Shown piece after piece: positions 8,057 through 17,656 of a stretch of 38,191 nt of DNA. The notes under the pieces are model-generated. The model saw nothing but the letters and a program-made list of their open reading frames with translations, had not been told where the DNA came from and ran no database searches. Source of the DNA: a bacterium (lineage in GTDB: Bacteria > Verrucomicrobiota > Kiritimatiellia > RFP12 > UBA1067); contig CAVLAC010000002.1 in the NCBI GenBank assembly GCA_963661055.1, positions 1 to 38,191 of the forward strand, given 5' to 3'. Each line of letters starts with the position of its first letter. Position 1 is the stretch's first letter. Position numbers and translations under genes: made by a program.

Positions 8057-9484
8057 ATGTCCGCGCTCCTGCAAACACGAAAGAGACTCGAAGAATTAAG
8101 TAGCGGGTCTCTCGGGCGATTACTAGTTAAGTACTCGTGGCCCGCGCTGGTCGCGATGAGCCTTAATGCTTTCTATTCGGTAGTCGACCGTATTTTCATT
8201 GGGCAGGGGTGCGGCGTGGACGCAATGGCGGGCATTACGCTCGCGATGCCGCTCACGATGCTCTTTGGCGCATTTGGCGTCCTTATTGGCGCGGGGCACT
8301 CGGCGATTCTCTCGATTAAGCTTGGGGCAAATGACCGCGTCGCTTGTGAGAAGTTGCTCGGCCAGCTCATCGCTTTCAAGCTTGTTCTCTTTATCACTCT
8401 GACCCCACTCGTTTGCTTTAATCTTGATACCATTCTTGGTTGGTGCGGGGCTTCGCGTGTGACCCCTGGAGCTTTCGCCGCCGCGAAGGAATATTTGCAT
8501 ATCATCCTTTTCGCCTATATCTTCTCACATTTGTCATTCGGACTTTCCGCTATGCAGCGTGCGGAAGGCGGGGCGTTTCGCTCTATGATTTGTATGATTG
8601 TGGGGTTTGGCACGAACCTCATTCTCGACCCGATTCTTATCTTTGGCTTTAATATGGGTGTCGCGGGTGCCGCGTGGGCAACGAACATCTCTATGTTTTG
8701 CGCGTGCCTGTGGGCGTTCCGTTATTATTTGACGGGGCAAACCGCCGTCCGTTTGCGCTGGGGACGGATTGGCTTCCATAAGGGGCTCGTGTGGCGTCCG
8801 TTTGGCATTGGGTTTTCTCCGTTCTTCCAGCAGATTCTCGGCGCGATAATCACGGTCTCTTTGCAAATTGCCTTCACGAAATGGATGCCTGATGAAGCGT
8901 CCCGCACGGCGCAGATTGCGTCCCTCGGGGTCTTTCAAGCGTGCCTTATCCTTATTATGATGCCACTTTTGGGCACACAGCAGGGACTCCAGCCGATTAT
9001 TGGCTATAACTGGGGCGCTCGCAACTTCGGACGCGTCGCCGAGACGCTATCTTTGGGGCTAAAAGCCTCGGCGGTGCTGACGGTCATTGCTTTCATCATC
9101 CAAGTTGTGCCGCCATTGCCAACTTGGCTCGCGCATATGTTTATTTCGAGTGACCATCCTGAACTCATTAAGCTCGCGGCGCACGATTTGCAGGTCTCGA
9201 ACTCGATGATTTGGTGTATCTTCATTAACATTGTCTCGACCACCTACTTCCAGTCGATAGGGCGTCCGCGCGCGGCAGTTTTGCTTTCGCTTCTGCGCCA
9301 GGGCTTTTGCCTCTTGCCCGTCATTTGGTTCTTGCCGTACTTTATGGACGATAAACCGCTCGCGATTTGGCTCTGCATGCCGATTTCGGATGTCGTCGCG
9401 AACTTTGTCTCAATTTTTCCCTTGGCTTTACATATTCGCTTCTTGCGGCGGGTTCGCCCCCGCGCGGCGTTTAAGGAGGCTTAA
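8057..9484 (+). CDS. MATE-family efflux transporter (polytopic membrane protein)
   Basis: 475 aa with about 12 hydrophobic segments. The N-terminus (PALVAMSLNAFYSVVDRIFIGQG) is typical of MATE/NorM-like proteins. Starts directly after the preceding stop. Confidence 0.7.
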   Translation: MSALLQTRKRLEELSSGSLGRLLVKYSWPALVAMSLNAFYSVVDRIFIGQGCGVDAMAGITLAMPLTMLFGAFGVLIGAGHSAILSIKLGANDRVACEKLLGQLIAFKLVLFITLTPLVCFNLDTILGWCGASRVTPGAFAAAKEYLHIILFAYIFSHLSFGLSAMQRAEGGAFRSMICMIVGFGTNLILDPILIFGFNMGVAGAAWATNISMFCACLWAFRYYLTGQTAVRLRWGRIGFHKGLVWRPFGIGFSPFFQQILGAIITVSLQIAFTKWMPDEASRTAQIASLGVFQACLILIMMPLLGTQQGLQPIIGYNWGARNFGRVAETLSLGLKASAVLTVIAFIIQVVPPLPTWLAHMFISSDHPELIKLAAHDLQVSNSMIWCIFINIVSTTYFQSIGRPRAAVLLSLLRQGFCLLPVIWFLPYFMDDKPLAIWLCMPISDVVANFVSIFPLALHIRFLRRVRPRAAFKEA

Positions 9485-9487
9485 CCT

Positions 9488-10090
9488 ATGAAAACGAAGA
9501 TACTCGCTGTCGGACCTTTCGAGGTCAATTGCACGCTCTTGACGCGTCCCGACAATTCACTCTGGATTGTCGATCCAGGCGCGGAAGCGGAACGCGTTCT
9601 TGCCGAGTGCCGCGCTCTCGGCGCGACCCCTAGCGCGATTCTCCTCACCCACGCGCACTTCGACCACATTGGCGCAATTGCCGACTTGCAGCGCGCCTAT
9701 CCCGAGCTGCCCGTCTACCTGCACCCCGCTGATGTGCCTGCGCTCGGCGACCCGCGCAATCAAATGCCGCCCGAGTATCCGCTCGCGCCTGTGCCGAAGA
9801 ATATCCGCGACTGCCGCGACCTCGCGGGCGTGAAAATCATTGAGACACCTGGTCACACGCCTGGCGGTGTCTGCTACTTATTTGAGGAGATGAAACTCCT
9901 CCTCTCGGGCGACACGCTCTTCGCGGGTTCGTGTGGACGCACCGATTTCCCAGGCGGAGATTTCGCCGCGCTGAAGGCTTCGCTCCAGAAGTTGATGGGG
10001 CTTTCGGACGATGTTCAGGTCGTGCCGGGGCACGGACCGTACACCACAATCGCCCACGAGCGCGAGACAAATCCGTATGTAAACGGATGA
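9488..10090 (+). CDS. MBL-fold metallo-hydrolase (glyoxalase II-like)
   Basis: HxHxDH motif THAHFDHIG, plus TPGHTPG and later GH residues. AAGGAGG SD upstream. Confidence 0.8.
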   Translation: MKTKILAVGPFEVNCTLLTRPDNSLWIVDPGAEAERVLAECRALGATPSAILLTHAHFDHIGAIADLQRAYPELPVYLHPADVPALGDPRNQMPPEYPLAPVPKNIRDCRDLAGVKIIETPGHTPGGVCYLFEEMKLLLSGDTLFAGSCGRTDFPGGDFAALKASLQKLMGLSDDVQVVPGHGPYTTIAHERETNPYVNG

Positions 10091-10116
10091 AATTTTCCCC
10101 TAATTCGGGCAAAATA

Positions 10117-10125
10117 TGCTATAAT
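10117..10125 (+). promoter_or_regulatory. Extended -10 element TGCTATAAT, 9 nt upstream of ATG 10135 (leaderless arrangement).
   Basis: TGnTATAAT match. No SD before the ATG. Confidence 0.5.
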
Positions 10126-10134
10126 TAAAGCCGT

Positions 10135-11568
10135 ATGAGCACAGACGAAGAAGTAAAGATAGATCTTGGCGCGTTTGATTTTACGCCTGACTGGGCGAAA
10201 AAGGACGCGGGAGTCACGGTTGGCAAGATGCGCCCGCCGCGTGAAGAGGCGGCTACGGAGCAGCTTCCGCGCGAGGGACGGCGTGCACCGACGGGCGGCA
10301 AAAAGCCGTTTGGTTCGCGCAAGCCATTTGGTCGCCATGAGCGCGGCGGCAAGTTCGAGTCGCGTGAGGCGGCTCGTCCCCAAGAGCCGCGCCTCGATGT
10401 GGAGATTAAGGTACTGCCTGAGCCGCGTGCGCTCGGTACAGTCATCCGCAAGCTCCAGCAAGATCCGAGGGCGTATAAGTTTAAGGATCTCGCCTACTTC
10501 TTCTTGGATAATCCAGAGTCCGTCTTGTTGCGTGTTGCGGCGAAGCCTCCGAAAGAAGGAGCACCCGCGCCGCGCTTGTTCCATCAGTGCAAAGCGTGCG
10601 GATTTGCCGCGCTCAGTGAAGATGAGCTCGCCGCGCATATTCTCGCGACGCATTTGGGCGACTACTACGAGACGCGCGAAGTCGAGTGTGAGCCGCCGAA
10701 GGGCAATTTCGCGTGTGTCGCGAAGTGCGGACTCTCGGGCGTTGTTTTGGGACCGCCCAATATCCACGCCTTTAACGGACTCGTCAAAGAGATGATTCGC
10801 ACGCGCTATCCGAATATGACGGAAGACGAGTACCGCGCTCGCCTTGAGATGGTGCGCGACCCCGAAGCCATTGAAGCGTGGCGGCAGAGCGCGACGAAGA
10901 AGACGGTTTATGTCGCGAAGGGTGCGGAAGAGGGTGCGCCACAATTGACGCGGGAGCAAGCCGAGGCGGCATTTCGTCAGACTTTCCTCGCGCCGATGAT
11001 GGATACGCCGAAGCTCCTGATGATTACGGCCGAGAAGGCGCTTAAGAGCCCGATTCGCGCTTTGGCGCGGGCGGCGAACTTTGCGCTTGAGGATGAACGG
11101 CGCAGTCCGCGTGAGATGTGCTTTGCTTTGCGCGGCGCTTTGCACCACCGTAAGCTCAACTTCTTTAGGGCAAATGAGCCGCGCGGGACGGAATTCGTCA
11201 CGAGCACGACTTACAAGGTCTTTGATACGGCGCACGCTATTGCGGAACTCGCCCGTGTCTCGAACTTTGTGACGGAACATCCCTGCTCGATGCGCAATGA
11301 AATTGCGCCAGACGCGGAGTCCGCCAAGCACCTCGATTGGCTCGTTTCGACAGGGCACATTGTCGCCTATGTGAACGGAGCCTATTCGCCCGTGGAGAAG
11401 TTCCCGAAGTACGGACCCCAGTGGCGCAAGAAAGAGGAAGCTCCCAAGGCGGAAGCGCCTGTGGAAGAACCTGCGCCTGTCGCGGAAGTGAAGTCCGAGG
11501 GTGCAGAAGTAGTAGAAGAGAAGAAGGAAGAGGCTAAAGATGAAGTTTCCACTCAGTTGGCTGAATGA
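10135..11568 (+). CDS. Hypothetical protein with a basic disordered N-terminus, a C2H2-like zinc-finger motif and an acidic Lys/Glu-rich tail
   Basis: 477-aa ORF. CKACGFAALSEDELAAHILATH gives a CxxC...HxxxxH pattern. Arg/Gly/Lys-rich residues 30-80 and an EEKKEEAKDE tail. I recognise no family for it. Overlaps the pheT start by 29 nt. Confidence 0.6.
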   Translation: MSTDEEVKIDLGAFDFTPDWAKKDAGVTVGKMRPPREEAATEQLPREGRRAPTGGKKPFGSRKPFGRHERGGKFESREAARPQEPRLDVEIKVLPEPRALGTVIRKLQQDPRAYKFKDLAYFFLDNPESVLLRVAAKPPKEGAPAPRLFHQCKACGFAALSEDELAAHILATHLGDYYETREVECEPPKGNFACVAKCGLSGVVLGPPNIHAFNGLVKEMIRTRYPNMTEDEYRARLEMVRDPEAIEAWRQSATKKTVYVAKGAEEGAPQLTREQAEAAFRQTFLAPMMDTPKLLMITAEKALKSPIRALARAANFALEDERRSPREMCFALRGALHHRKLNFFRANEPRGTEFVTSTTYKVFDTAHAIAELARVSNFVTEHPCSMRNEIAPDAESAKHLDWLVSTGHIVAYVNGAYSPVEKFPKYGPQWRKKEEAPKAEAPVEEPAPVAEVKSEGAEVVEEKKEEAKDEVSTQLAE

Positions 11569-13975
11569 GTTTGTTAAGGTTGACGATATCGACCCCAAGG
11601 AGCTCGCCGAGCGTCTGACGCGGGCGGGCTTGCAGGTGGAGTCCATCGAAACCGTCGGGGGCGTGCCGCTCGCCGATACTTTTGTTGTTGTCGAGGTAGT
11701 CGAGTGCGAAATGCATCCTGATTCCGACCACCTGCATGTCTGCAAGGTGACGGACGGCAAGGAGACTTGGCAAGTCGTTTGCGGCGCTCCCAATATGCGC
11801 AAGGGCATTAAGACCGCCTTCGCGAAGATTGGGTCCGTCATTCCTGACGGAGGCTTTAAGATTAAGAAGGGCAAGCTTCGCGGCGTTGAGTCCTTTGGTA
11901 TGTGCTGTTCTGAGAAGGAACTTATGATTGGCGCGGGTGCGTCTGGCATTATTGAGTTCCCGCCCGAGACATCTGCGGGGACGCTCGTGAGGGATGCAGT
12001 GCTGGGCGAAAAGCCCGAGACCGTCTTTGAAGTTGAGGTGACATGGAATCGTCCCGACGCGCTTTCCGTCGTCGGCATTGCGCGTGAATATGCCGCGCTC
12101 TATAATCGTCCTCTTAAGATGCCCACTGTGGACTTCACCGAGAGCGACCTCGATGTTAATGACGAGGTAAAGGTCATTGTTGAAGACCCCGTGAAGTGTC
12201 CGCGCTACACGGCGCGAGTGGTGACGGAAGTTAAGGACGGTCCCTCGCCCGAGGTTATGGCGAAGCGGCTTGAGCTTTGCGGTATGCGCTCGCTGGGGCT
12301 TTGCGTCGATGTGACGAACTATGTGATGCTCGAGCTGGGGCAACCCCTGCACGCTTTCGACTACACGAAGCTCGCGGAGCGCACCATCGTCGTTCGTGAT
12401 GCGCGTGAGGGCGAAGTGATGAAGACACTCGATGGTGTGGAGCGCAAGCTTGACCCGTCTATGCTCGTCATTTGTGATAAGGTGCGCCCGAATGCCGTCG
12501 CGGGTATTATGGGCGGCGAAGAAAGTGGTGTCGCGGCGAGTACGGACTCCCTTCTTATTGAAAGTGCCCTCTTTGAGACGACTTCGACTAAGTTTACGGC
12601 GACGAAACTCGGGCTCGCTTCTGAGGCTTCGTATCGCTATATTCGCGGCGTTGATAAAGATCTCGCGGACTTCGCGAGCCGCCGCGTCGCCCACCTCCTT
12701 CAGAAGTATGGTGGCGCGAAGATTGCCCGTGGCATTATTGATGTCGATAATCGCGAAAAGCCGCTCAACCCCGATGTCACGCTCGACTTCGACCGTGCGC
12801 GGCGTTTGATTGGTATTGATATTCCGAATGAACGGATGGTGCAGATTCTCGTGGCGCTTGGGCTCACCGCACGCGACGCGGCACCTTACGCGGATAAGAA
12901 GTCCGTCGCTTTTGGCATTCCTTCGTGGCGCTATGACCTCTCGCTTGAGGCGGACTTGGTGGAAGAGATTGCCCGTGAATATGGCTTAGACAATATTCCC
13001 GATACAATGCCTTCCGCGCCCAGTATCTCGTATCTCTCGCAGGCGAGCTTTGAGGCGAAGGCGCGTATTCGTGAATGCTGTATCGCGCTCGGCTTCGCGG
13101 AAGCGATGCACTATTCCTTCCTTTCCCGCAAGGAAATGGACGACTTTGACGCGCGCAACGCGGCAGATCGCCTCGTGATTCCTGACCCTGTCTCGGTTGA
13201 GTATGGGGTTATGCGCGATTCGCTCTTGCCTCAGATGGTGGGGTCGCTCGGACGCAACGCGGCACATCAGCTTGATAAGGCGCTCCTCTTTGAGATTGGC
13301 AAGGTGTTCTCTAATAAGGATGGCAAGCCCTCCGAAGCGGAACGCTTGGCGCTCGGCTTCTTTGGTCCTGTCGGACGCGAGGCACTGCGTGAACGCGCGG
13401 CAGTTTCGGAAGAAGAGGCACTCCTTTGGATGAAGGGTGTTGTTGTGGAACTCATCACGCGCCTTCACGCGGGGCACCTCGAGTTCGTCGCGACTGACCA
13501 TCCCGCCTTCGCGAAGGGCGCGGCACTTCAGGTGAAGCTTAATAACCGCCCGATTGGCGTAATGGGTGTTCTTTCGGCGAAATTGCGCCATCCGTACCGC
13601 TTGACGACTCAGATGGCACTCTGCGAGATGGAGCTTAAGCCGCTTCTTAAGAATACGAATGTGGTGGGCAAGCTCGCCCCCGTGCCGCAATTCCCGCTCA
13701 TCCGCCGCGATGTCGCGCTTGTCGCCGACCCCACGGTCACTCACGAACAGATCGCGACAGTCATCCGTAAGAATGGCGGACGCGAACTCGTGAAGATTGA
13801 GCTTTTTGACATCTTTAAGGGCAAGGCACTTAAGGAAGGCAAGCGGTCGCTTGCCTACGCGCTCGAGTTCCGTTCGAATGAAAAGACGCTGACGGACGCG
13901 GAGGTCGGGCAAGTGTTCCAGCGCATCGTGGATGCGCTCGCGGCGTTGCCTGGCGTGGAGGTGCGCACGAACTAA
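11540..13975 (+). CDS. pheT: Phenylalanine--tRNA ligase beta subunit
   Basis: Classic N-terminus MKFPLSWLNEFV. 811 aa with the domain order expected for PheT. Confidence 0.93.
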   Translation: MKFPLSWLNEFVKVDDIDPKELAERLTRAGLQVESIETVGGVPLADTFVVVEVVECEMHPDSDHLHVCKVTDGKETWQVVCGAPNMRKGIKTAFAKIGSVIPDGGFKIKKGKLRGVESFGMCCSEKELMIGAGASGIIEFPPETSAGTLVRDAVLGEKPETVFEVEVTWNRPDALSVVGIAREYAALYNRPLKMPTVDFTESDLDVNDEVKVIVEDPVKCPRYTARVVTEVKDGPSPEVMAKRLELCGMRSLGLCVDVTNYVMLELGQPLHAFDYTKLAERTIVVRDAREGEVMKTLDGVERKLDPSMLVICDKVRPNAVAGIMGGEESGVAASTDSLLIESALFETTSTKFTATKLGLASEASYRYIRGVDKDLADFASRRVAHLLQKYGGAKIARGIIDVDNREKPLNPDVTLDFDRARRLIGIDIPNERMVQILVALGLTARDAAPYADKKSVAFGIPSWRYDLSLEADLVEEIAREYGLDNIPDTMPSAPSISYLSQASFEAKARIRECCIALGFAEAMHYSFLSRKEMDDFDARNAADRLVIPDPVSVEYGVMRDSLLPQMVGSLGRNAAHQLDKALLFEIGKVFSNKDGKPSEAERLALGFFGPVGREALRERAAVSEEEALLWMKGVVVELITRLHAGHLEFVATDHPAFAKGAALQVKLNNRPIGVMGVLSAKLRHPYRLTTQMALCEMELKPLLKNTNVVGKLAPVPQFPLIRRDVALVADPTVTHEQIATVIRKNGGRELVKIELFDIFKGKALKEGKRSLAYALEFRSNEKTLTDAEVGQVFQRIVDALAALPGVEVRTN

Positions 13976-14131
13976 ACGACGTGGGCTCTGGGTTGCTCGC
14001 GAATACAGCAGAAATTTCTTTGACCGACGTTTCGAAACTAGGGGTATTTCATCCCCCACTTGGAATACAGGGTTCCAGAGGTTCTGCACTACGGCAACGC
14101 GGGGTCTTTTATTCTTTTTAAGCCGCTTTGA

Positions 14132-14812
14132 ATGGCTTGCGCACTCATAATCCCCGCCTATAATCCGAACGGACGCCTCCCCGCGCTCTTGCGGGCGGTC
14201 GCCTCCCACTTTTCGAGGGTCATCCTCGTCGATGATGGCTCAACTGAGGGACGCGAATATATAGAGGAAGCGCGGCACTTGGTGAGCGAGGTGCTGGTTC
14301 ATCCTATAAATAGAGGAAAGGGTGCGGCACTTAAGACGGCATTCGCCGTCCTGAAGCCTGATGAGGATGCCGTCACGGCAGATGCTGACGGACAGCACGC
14401 GCCCGAGGACATCTTGCGCGTTGCCGCCGCGCTTGAGACTTGTCGTGAGGGGCTGGTGCTCGGATGTCGCAAGCGTGAAGGGGCGACACCGCTCTTAAGT
14501 CGGCTCGGGAACGGATGGTCCAGATTCTTTTTCCGCCTTTTAAGAGGTTTTAGCGTGAGCGACACCCAAACGGGGCTGCGGGGAGTGCCCGCGCCCCTTG
14601 TGCCGCACTTGCTGAAGTTGCCAGGTGAGCGGTACGACTACGAACAGGTTATGCTCCTCGAAGCGCGGCACTTTAGGGATAAGGTGGTCGAAGTTCCTAT
14701 TAAGAAGGTATACTTCGACGGAAACGCCGCGAGCCACTTTCGTCCGTTCCGCGACACTTTCCGCAACCACCTCGCCCTGCTAAAAGCCTTCTTTAAGACG
14801 AAAAGCGCCTAA
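14132..14812 (+). CDS. Family 2 glycosyltransferase (small, soluble type)
   Basis: Motifs IIPAYNP, VDDGS and DADGQH. Confidence 0.8.
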   Translation: MACALIIPAYNPNGRLPALLRAVASHFSRVILVDDGSTEGREYIEEARHLVSEVLVHPINRGKGAALKTAFAVLKPDEDAVTADADGQHAPEDILRVAAALETCREGLVLGCRKREGATPLLSRLGNGWSRFFFRLLRGFSVSDTQTGLRGVPAPLVPHLLKLPGERYDYEQVMLLEARHFRDKVVEVPIKKVYFDGNAASHFRPFRDTFRNHLALLKAFFKTKSA

Positions 14813-14823
14813 CTGCCGCGCTT

Positions 14824-14880
14824 ATGGCGAAAATTTCGTCACGAAAATTTCGCCATGACAAACTTTTTTCACTTTTTTGC
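14824..14880 (+). terminator. Putative intrinsic terminator: 15-bp-arm hairpin ATGGCGAAAATTTCG-TCA-CGAAAATTTCGCCAT (one mismatch) followed by two T6 runs.
   Basis: Read directly from the sequence. Located 12 nt after the glycosyltransferase stop. Confidence 0.6.
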
Positions 14881-14910
14881 ATTTTCCCCCTTGCGGGGGA
14901 AGTCAAAATA

Positions 14911-14919
14911 TGGTATACT
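14911..14919 (+). promoter_or_regulatory. Extended -10 element TGGTATACT for the secreted-protein operon.
   Basis: TGnTATACT located 36 nt upstream of ATG 14955. GAGGAG SD at 14941-14946. Confidence 0.5.
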
Positions 14920-14954
14920 ATTATCATCTTCAACGGATAAGAGGAGAATTAAAG

Positions 14955-16079
14955 ATGGCTAGACTACTTGACAAATGCTGGATAAGCGCGTGCGCCGCAC
15001 TCGCGTTTTCGGTTGTATCCGCAGCCGCCGTTCAGGACGACTTTGAGAGCACCGACACTGGTTCTACGCCCACAGGCTGGACGGGCAACGGGACGGTTGC
15101 AGCTGAAGAGTATACTTACACCAAGGCGGTCGGGCTTCCTCTTACGGATGAAGGGCAGGCACACACCAAGACCCTCGCTGTCTCGGGGCAGGCAGTTCGC
15201 ACCTATGGTGAGGATACAGCGACTGGCGAGTCGGTCACCGTGGATATGATGGTTAAGATTATGGCGGCGGATGATGTCCCAGATGCTCCTGACACAACCT
15301 CTGATATTCAGGTGGCCATCGCGACAGGTCCTGTGGCGGACGATGCGACGGTTGCTCCTATCTATATCTATAAGGGCACAACGACGGATGACGGAACCAC
15401 CTATGATTGGGAAGATACGGGCAAGTCGTATGAGACCAACTCCTGGGTGCGTCTTATGATGGTGATGGACTATGATAACAACGCGTGCAAGGTCACGATT
15501 GACGGCGATCTCATCGGTACGGTTAACTTCCCTGGCACATCGCTCACAGCGTCGAAGAAGGTTTCTTCCATTACTGTTGAAGGTTTGACCTCGCTTGACG
15601 ATGTTGTTGTAACAGGCAATGAAAAGAGTGCCTCCGCGCTCGACCCATTCCCAGAGAAGGCGACGAGTGAAACGGCAACAGTCGGCACTGACTCGGTTCC
15701 TGTCAAGCTCAACTGGCTCTATAAGAACGGCATTGACGGTGATGTGTCGAAAGTGATGGAGACCAAGTGCTCTGATGAGTCGGGTATGACCTATGCTCAG
15801 AAGTATGAGGCGGGTCTCGATATCGACGACAAGCAGAAGTTCGAAGTCTCCTCGATGTCGATTACGGAAGCGAAATCGGCGGTCTTCACAGTGCCTGGCA
15901 AAGCAGATTCCTACTCGGTTGTGATTGATTCGGACGGCACCACCACCACGGTGATCCCGACGACCAGCACTGAAAACGGTGTGACCACGGCGACGGTTGA
16001 TCTTTCTCAGGTCACTGGCAAGGTCATCAAGTTCCAGCTCAAGGCTAAGGCTGTAGACCCTAATGCAAGTTCTAACTAA
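14955..16079 (+). CDS. Secreted hypothetical protein A (374 aa), possibly with an N-terminal LamG/jelly-roll-like region
   Basis: Signal peptide MARLLDKCWISACAALAFSVVSAAAV. DDFES..GSTPTGWTG motif. Thr/Asp/Ser/Val-rich. Start trimmed from 14877 to the ATG with an SD. Confidence 0.7.
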   Translation: MARLLDKCWISACAALAFSVVSAAAVQDDFESTDTGSTPTGWTGNGTVAAEEYTYTKAVGLPLTDEGQAHTKTLAVSGQAVRTYGEDTATGESVTVDMMVKIMAADDVPDAPDTTSDIQVAIATGPVADDATVAPIYIYKGTTTDDGTTYDWEDTGKSYETNSWVRLMMVMDYDNNACKVTIDGDLIGTVNFPGTSLTASKKVSSITVEGLTSLDDVVVTGNEKSASALDPFPEKATSETATVGTDSVPVKLNWLYKNGIDGDVSKVMETKCSDESGMTYAQKYEAGLDIDDKQKFEVSSMSITEAKSAVFTVPGKADSYSVVIDSDGTTTTVIPTTSTENGVTTATVDLSQVTGKVIKFQLKAKAVDPNASSN

Positions 16080-16102
16080 TTTAAAGGAAAGGACGCTAGA
16101 AA

Positions 16103-16840
16103 ATGAATAAACTTTCAGTTATGATTGCGGCTTCCGCCCTCGCGTTCGGTGCGTGGGCGACCCCGAGCTTCGTGCAATTCTCGTCCGTCGGACCTGACAC
16201 CTACGCGGACGGCACAGAGGTCGTTGACGGCGAAATCTATGCGCTCGTTTCCGTCTCCAGCGATGGCAAGTTTGAGGGTATCAACTCGGACGGCACAACC
16301 GTCGACCCCAATGATAAGATTCTTTACGCCGCGCCGCTCGCGCTGAACGGACACTGCAAGAATGTGGTCTTCACCCTCAAAGATGGACAGCCCACCTCGA
16401 ATCTCGCGGTTTATTTGCTCGACACCCGCATCAAGGCGGATGACGGCACTTCTACGGTGGCAGGCGTTGATGAGAATGGTAAGTTGAAGCTCGTCAACAG
16501 CTATGCGGCAGTTGAGGACGCTATTTCGGGTGGCTCGGTCGCGAAGTCGACAAGCAAGGAGGTTCAGACAACGGCTCTTGCAACCGTCGCACTGGGTGAT
16601 GTCCCCACTCCTACGATTAAGGGCATCAAGGTCGTTGGCGCGAAGGTGGAAATCACTGTCGCGAATACCGTCCCTGAAGTTCGGTACACGGTTAAGGGCG
16701 GTGAAACACCGTCTAAGATCGACAAGAGAGACCTCGTTTCGGGCATCAATGGCGTGGCAAATGGCGAAATCACCCTCGTGGTGGATAGCGAAGCCGCTAA
16801 GGATTGCCGCTTCTTCAAGGTAACGCGCGCAACTAAGTAA
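16103..16840 (+). CDS. Secreted hypothetical protein B (245 aa)
   Basis: Signal peptide MNKLSVMIAASALAFGAWA. Beta-rich composition, no recognisable motif. SD AAAGGAAAGGA upstream. Confidence 0.7.
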   Translation: MNKLSVMIAASALAFGAWATPSFVQFSSVGPDTYADGTEVVDGEIYALVSVSSDGKFEGINSDGTTVDPNDKILYAAPLALNGHCKNVVFTLKDGQPTSNLAVYLLDTRIKADDGTSTVAGVDENGKLKLVNSYAAVEDAISGGSVAKSTSKEVQTTALATVALGDVPTPTIKGIKVVGAKVEITVANTVPEVRYTVKGGETPSKIDKRDLVSGINGVANGEITLVVDSEAAKDCRFFKVTRATK

Positions 16841-16853
16841 GGAGGATATGACG

Positions 16854-17636
16854 ATGAATATGAAAAGTATACTATTTGCCGCGACAGCGGCGCTCGCAGT
16901 CAGCCTCCAAGCCGAGGTGACAGCGAATAATACGCTCTGCCGTATCGAGGTCGAGAGCTCGGCGAAGAGCGTCATCGTAGCCGTCCCCCTCGTCGCAGTC
17001 GGTAGCGGGGATGTCAAGGTTACAGACTATATTATGACCACCAACCTCAAGGACGGCGACTCGATTCTTATGTGGGATACGAAGAACACGAAGTGGGTGG
17101 GCTGGGTCATCAGTAGTGGTGCTTGGGTGGCTCTAACTGATGTTTCTACGACTGGTGGCGTCAGCGCAGGGCAACCTGCAACCGATTCCGCTCTTGAGCG
17201 TGGTACGGCAGTTTGGCTCAACCGCTCTAGTGCAACGATTGAAGAGAACGATAGCTTCTATCTCTACGGGCAGGTCGCCTCGAGCACGGCTGATGGCGTT
17301 ACCTTGACGGCTCAGGCTGGTGGCTATACCCTCCTCGGCAACCCCACCACAGCGAGCCTCGACCTTAGCACGCTGAGCTGGAACGATTGCAATGAAGGTG
17401 ATACTATCTATCTGAGTAGCGACACGCAGGGTGGTATTAGCTACTATGAATATCGAGTTCCTACTGACGGCGCTGAGGCGAAATGGTGCTCAAAGGCAGT
17501 TACAAAGAATGATAAGGGCTTCTCGAAGACGACCTTTACGGCGATTTCTTCGGGAACGGTTACCCTTGCACCTGGCGAAGGATTTTGGTATAATAGTACA
17601 AGTTCTAGTAGTAGCCCGAGCGTGACTATCAAGTAA
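16854..17636 (+). CDS. Secreted hypothetical protein C (260 aa)
   Basis: Signal peptide MNMKSILFAATAALAVSLQA. ATG 16854 has the best spacing to AAGGAGG (16839-16845); ATG 16848 is also possible. Confidence 0.7.
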   Translation: MNMKSILFAATAALAVSLQAEVTANNTLCRIEVESSAKSVIVAVPLVAVGSGDVKVTDYIMTTNLKDGDSILMWDTKNTKWVGWVISSGAWVALTDVSTTGGVSAGQPATDSALERGTAVWLNRSSATIEENDSFYLYGQVASSTADGVTLTAQAGGYTLLGNPTTASLDLSTLSWNDCNEGDTIYLSSDTQGGISYYEYRVPTDGAEAKWCSKAVTKNDKGFSKTTFTAISSGTVTLAPGEGFWYNSTSSSSSPSVTIK

Positions 17637-17656
17637 ATTTGAGAGGAGAGTAAGAA

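Noticed and set aside
10015-12078. 687-aa ORF on the minus strand, the longest minus-strand ORF in the window.
   Set aside because: It is antisense to the 3' end of the MBL hydrolase gene, the zinc-finger ORF and the motif-certain pheT start. Its translation is Arg/Ser/Leu/Pro-rich low-complexity sequence, typical of shadow frames in GC-rich coding DNA. No SD or promoter was seen.
13976-14131. 156-bp spacer after pheT, examined for a terminator or small RNA. It contains GAATACAG twice and a GCGGGGTCTTTTATTCTTTTT tract.
   Set aside because: There is only a weak, non-canonical stem before the T-rich tract and no convincing structure or repeat. It is left unannotated.
11534-14209. Minus-strand ORFs 11534..12694 (386 aa) and 12986..14209 (407 aa).
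   Set aside because: Both are antisense to pheT, which is unambiguous. They have an Arg-rich shadow-frame composition.
16115-17017. 300-aa minus-strand ORF across secreted-protein genes B and C.
   Set aside because: The + strand ORFs have SDs, signal peptides and operon logic. The minus ORF has none of these and spans an intergenic SD region.
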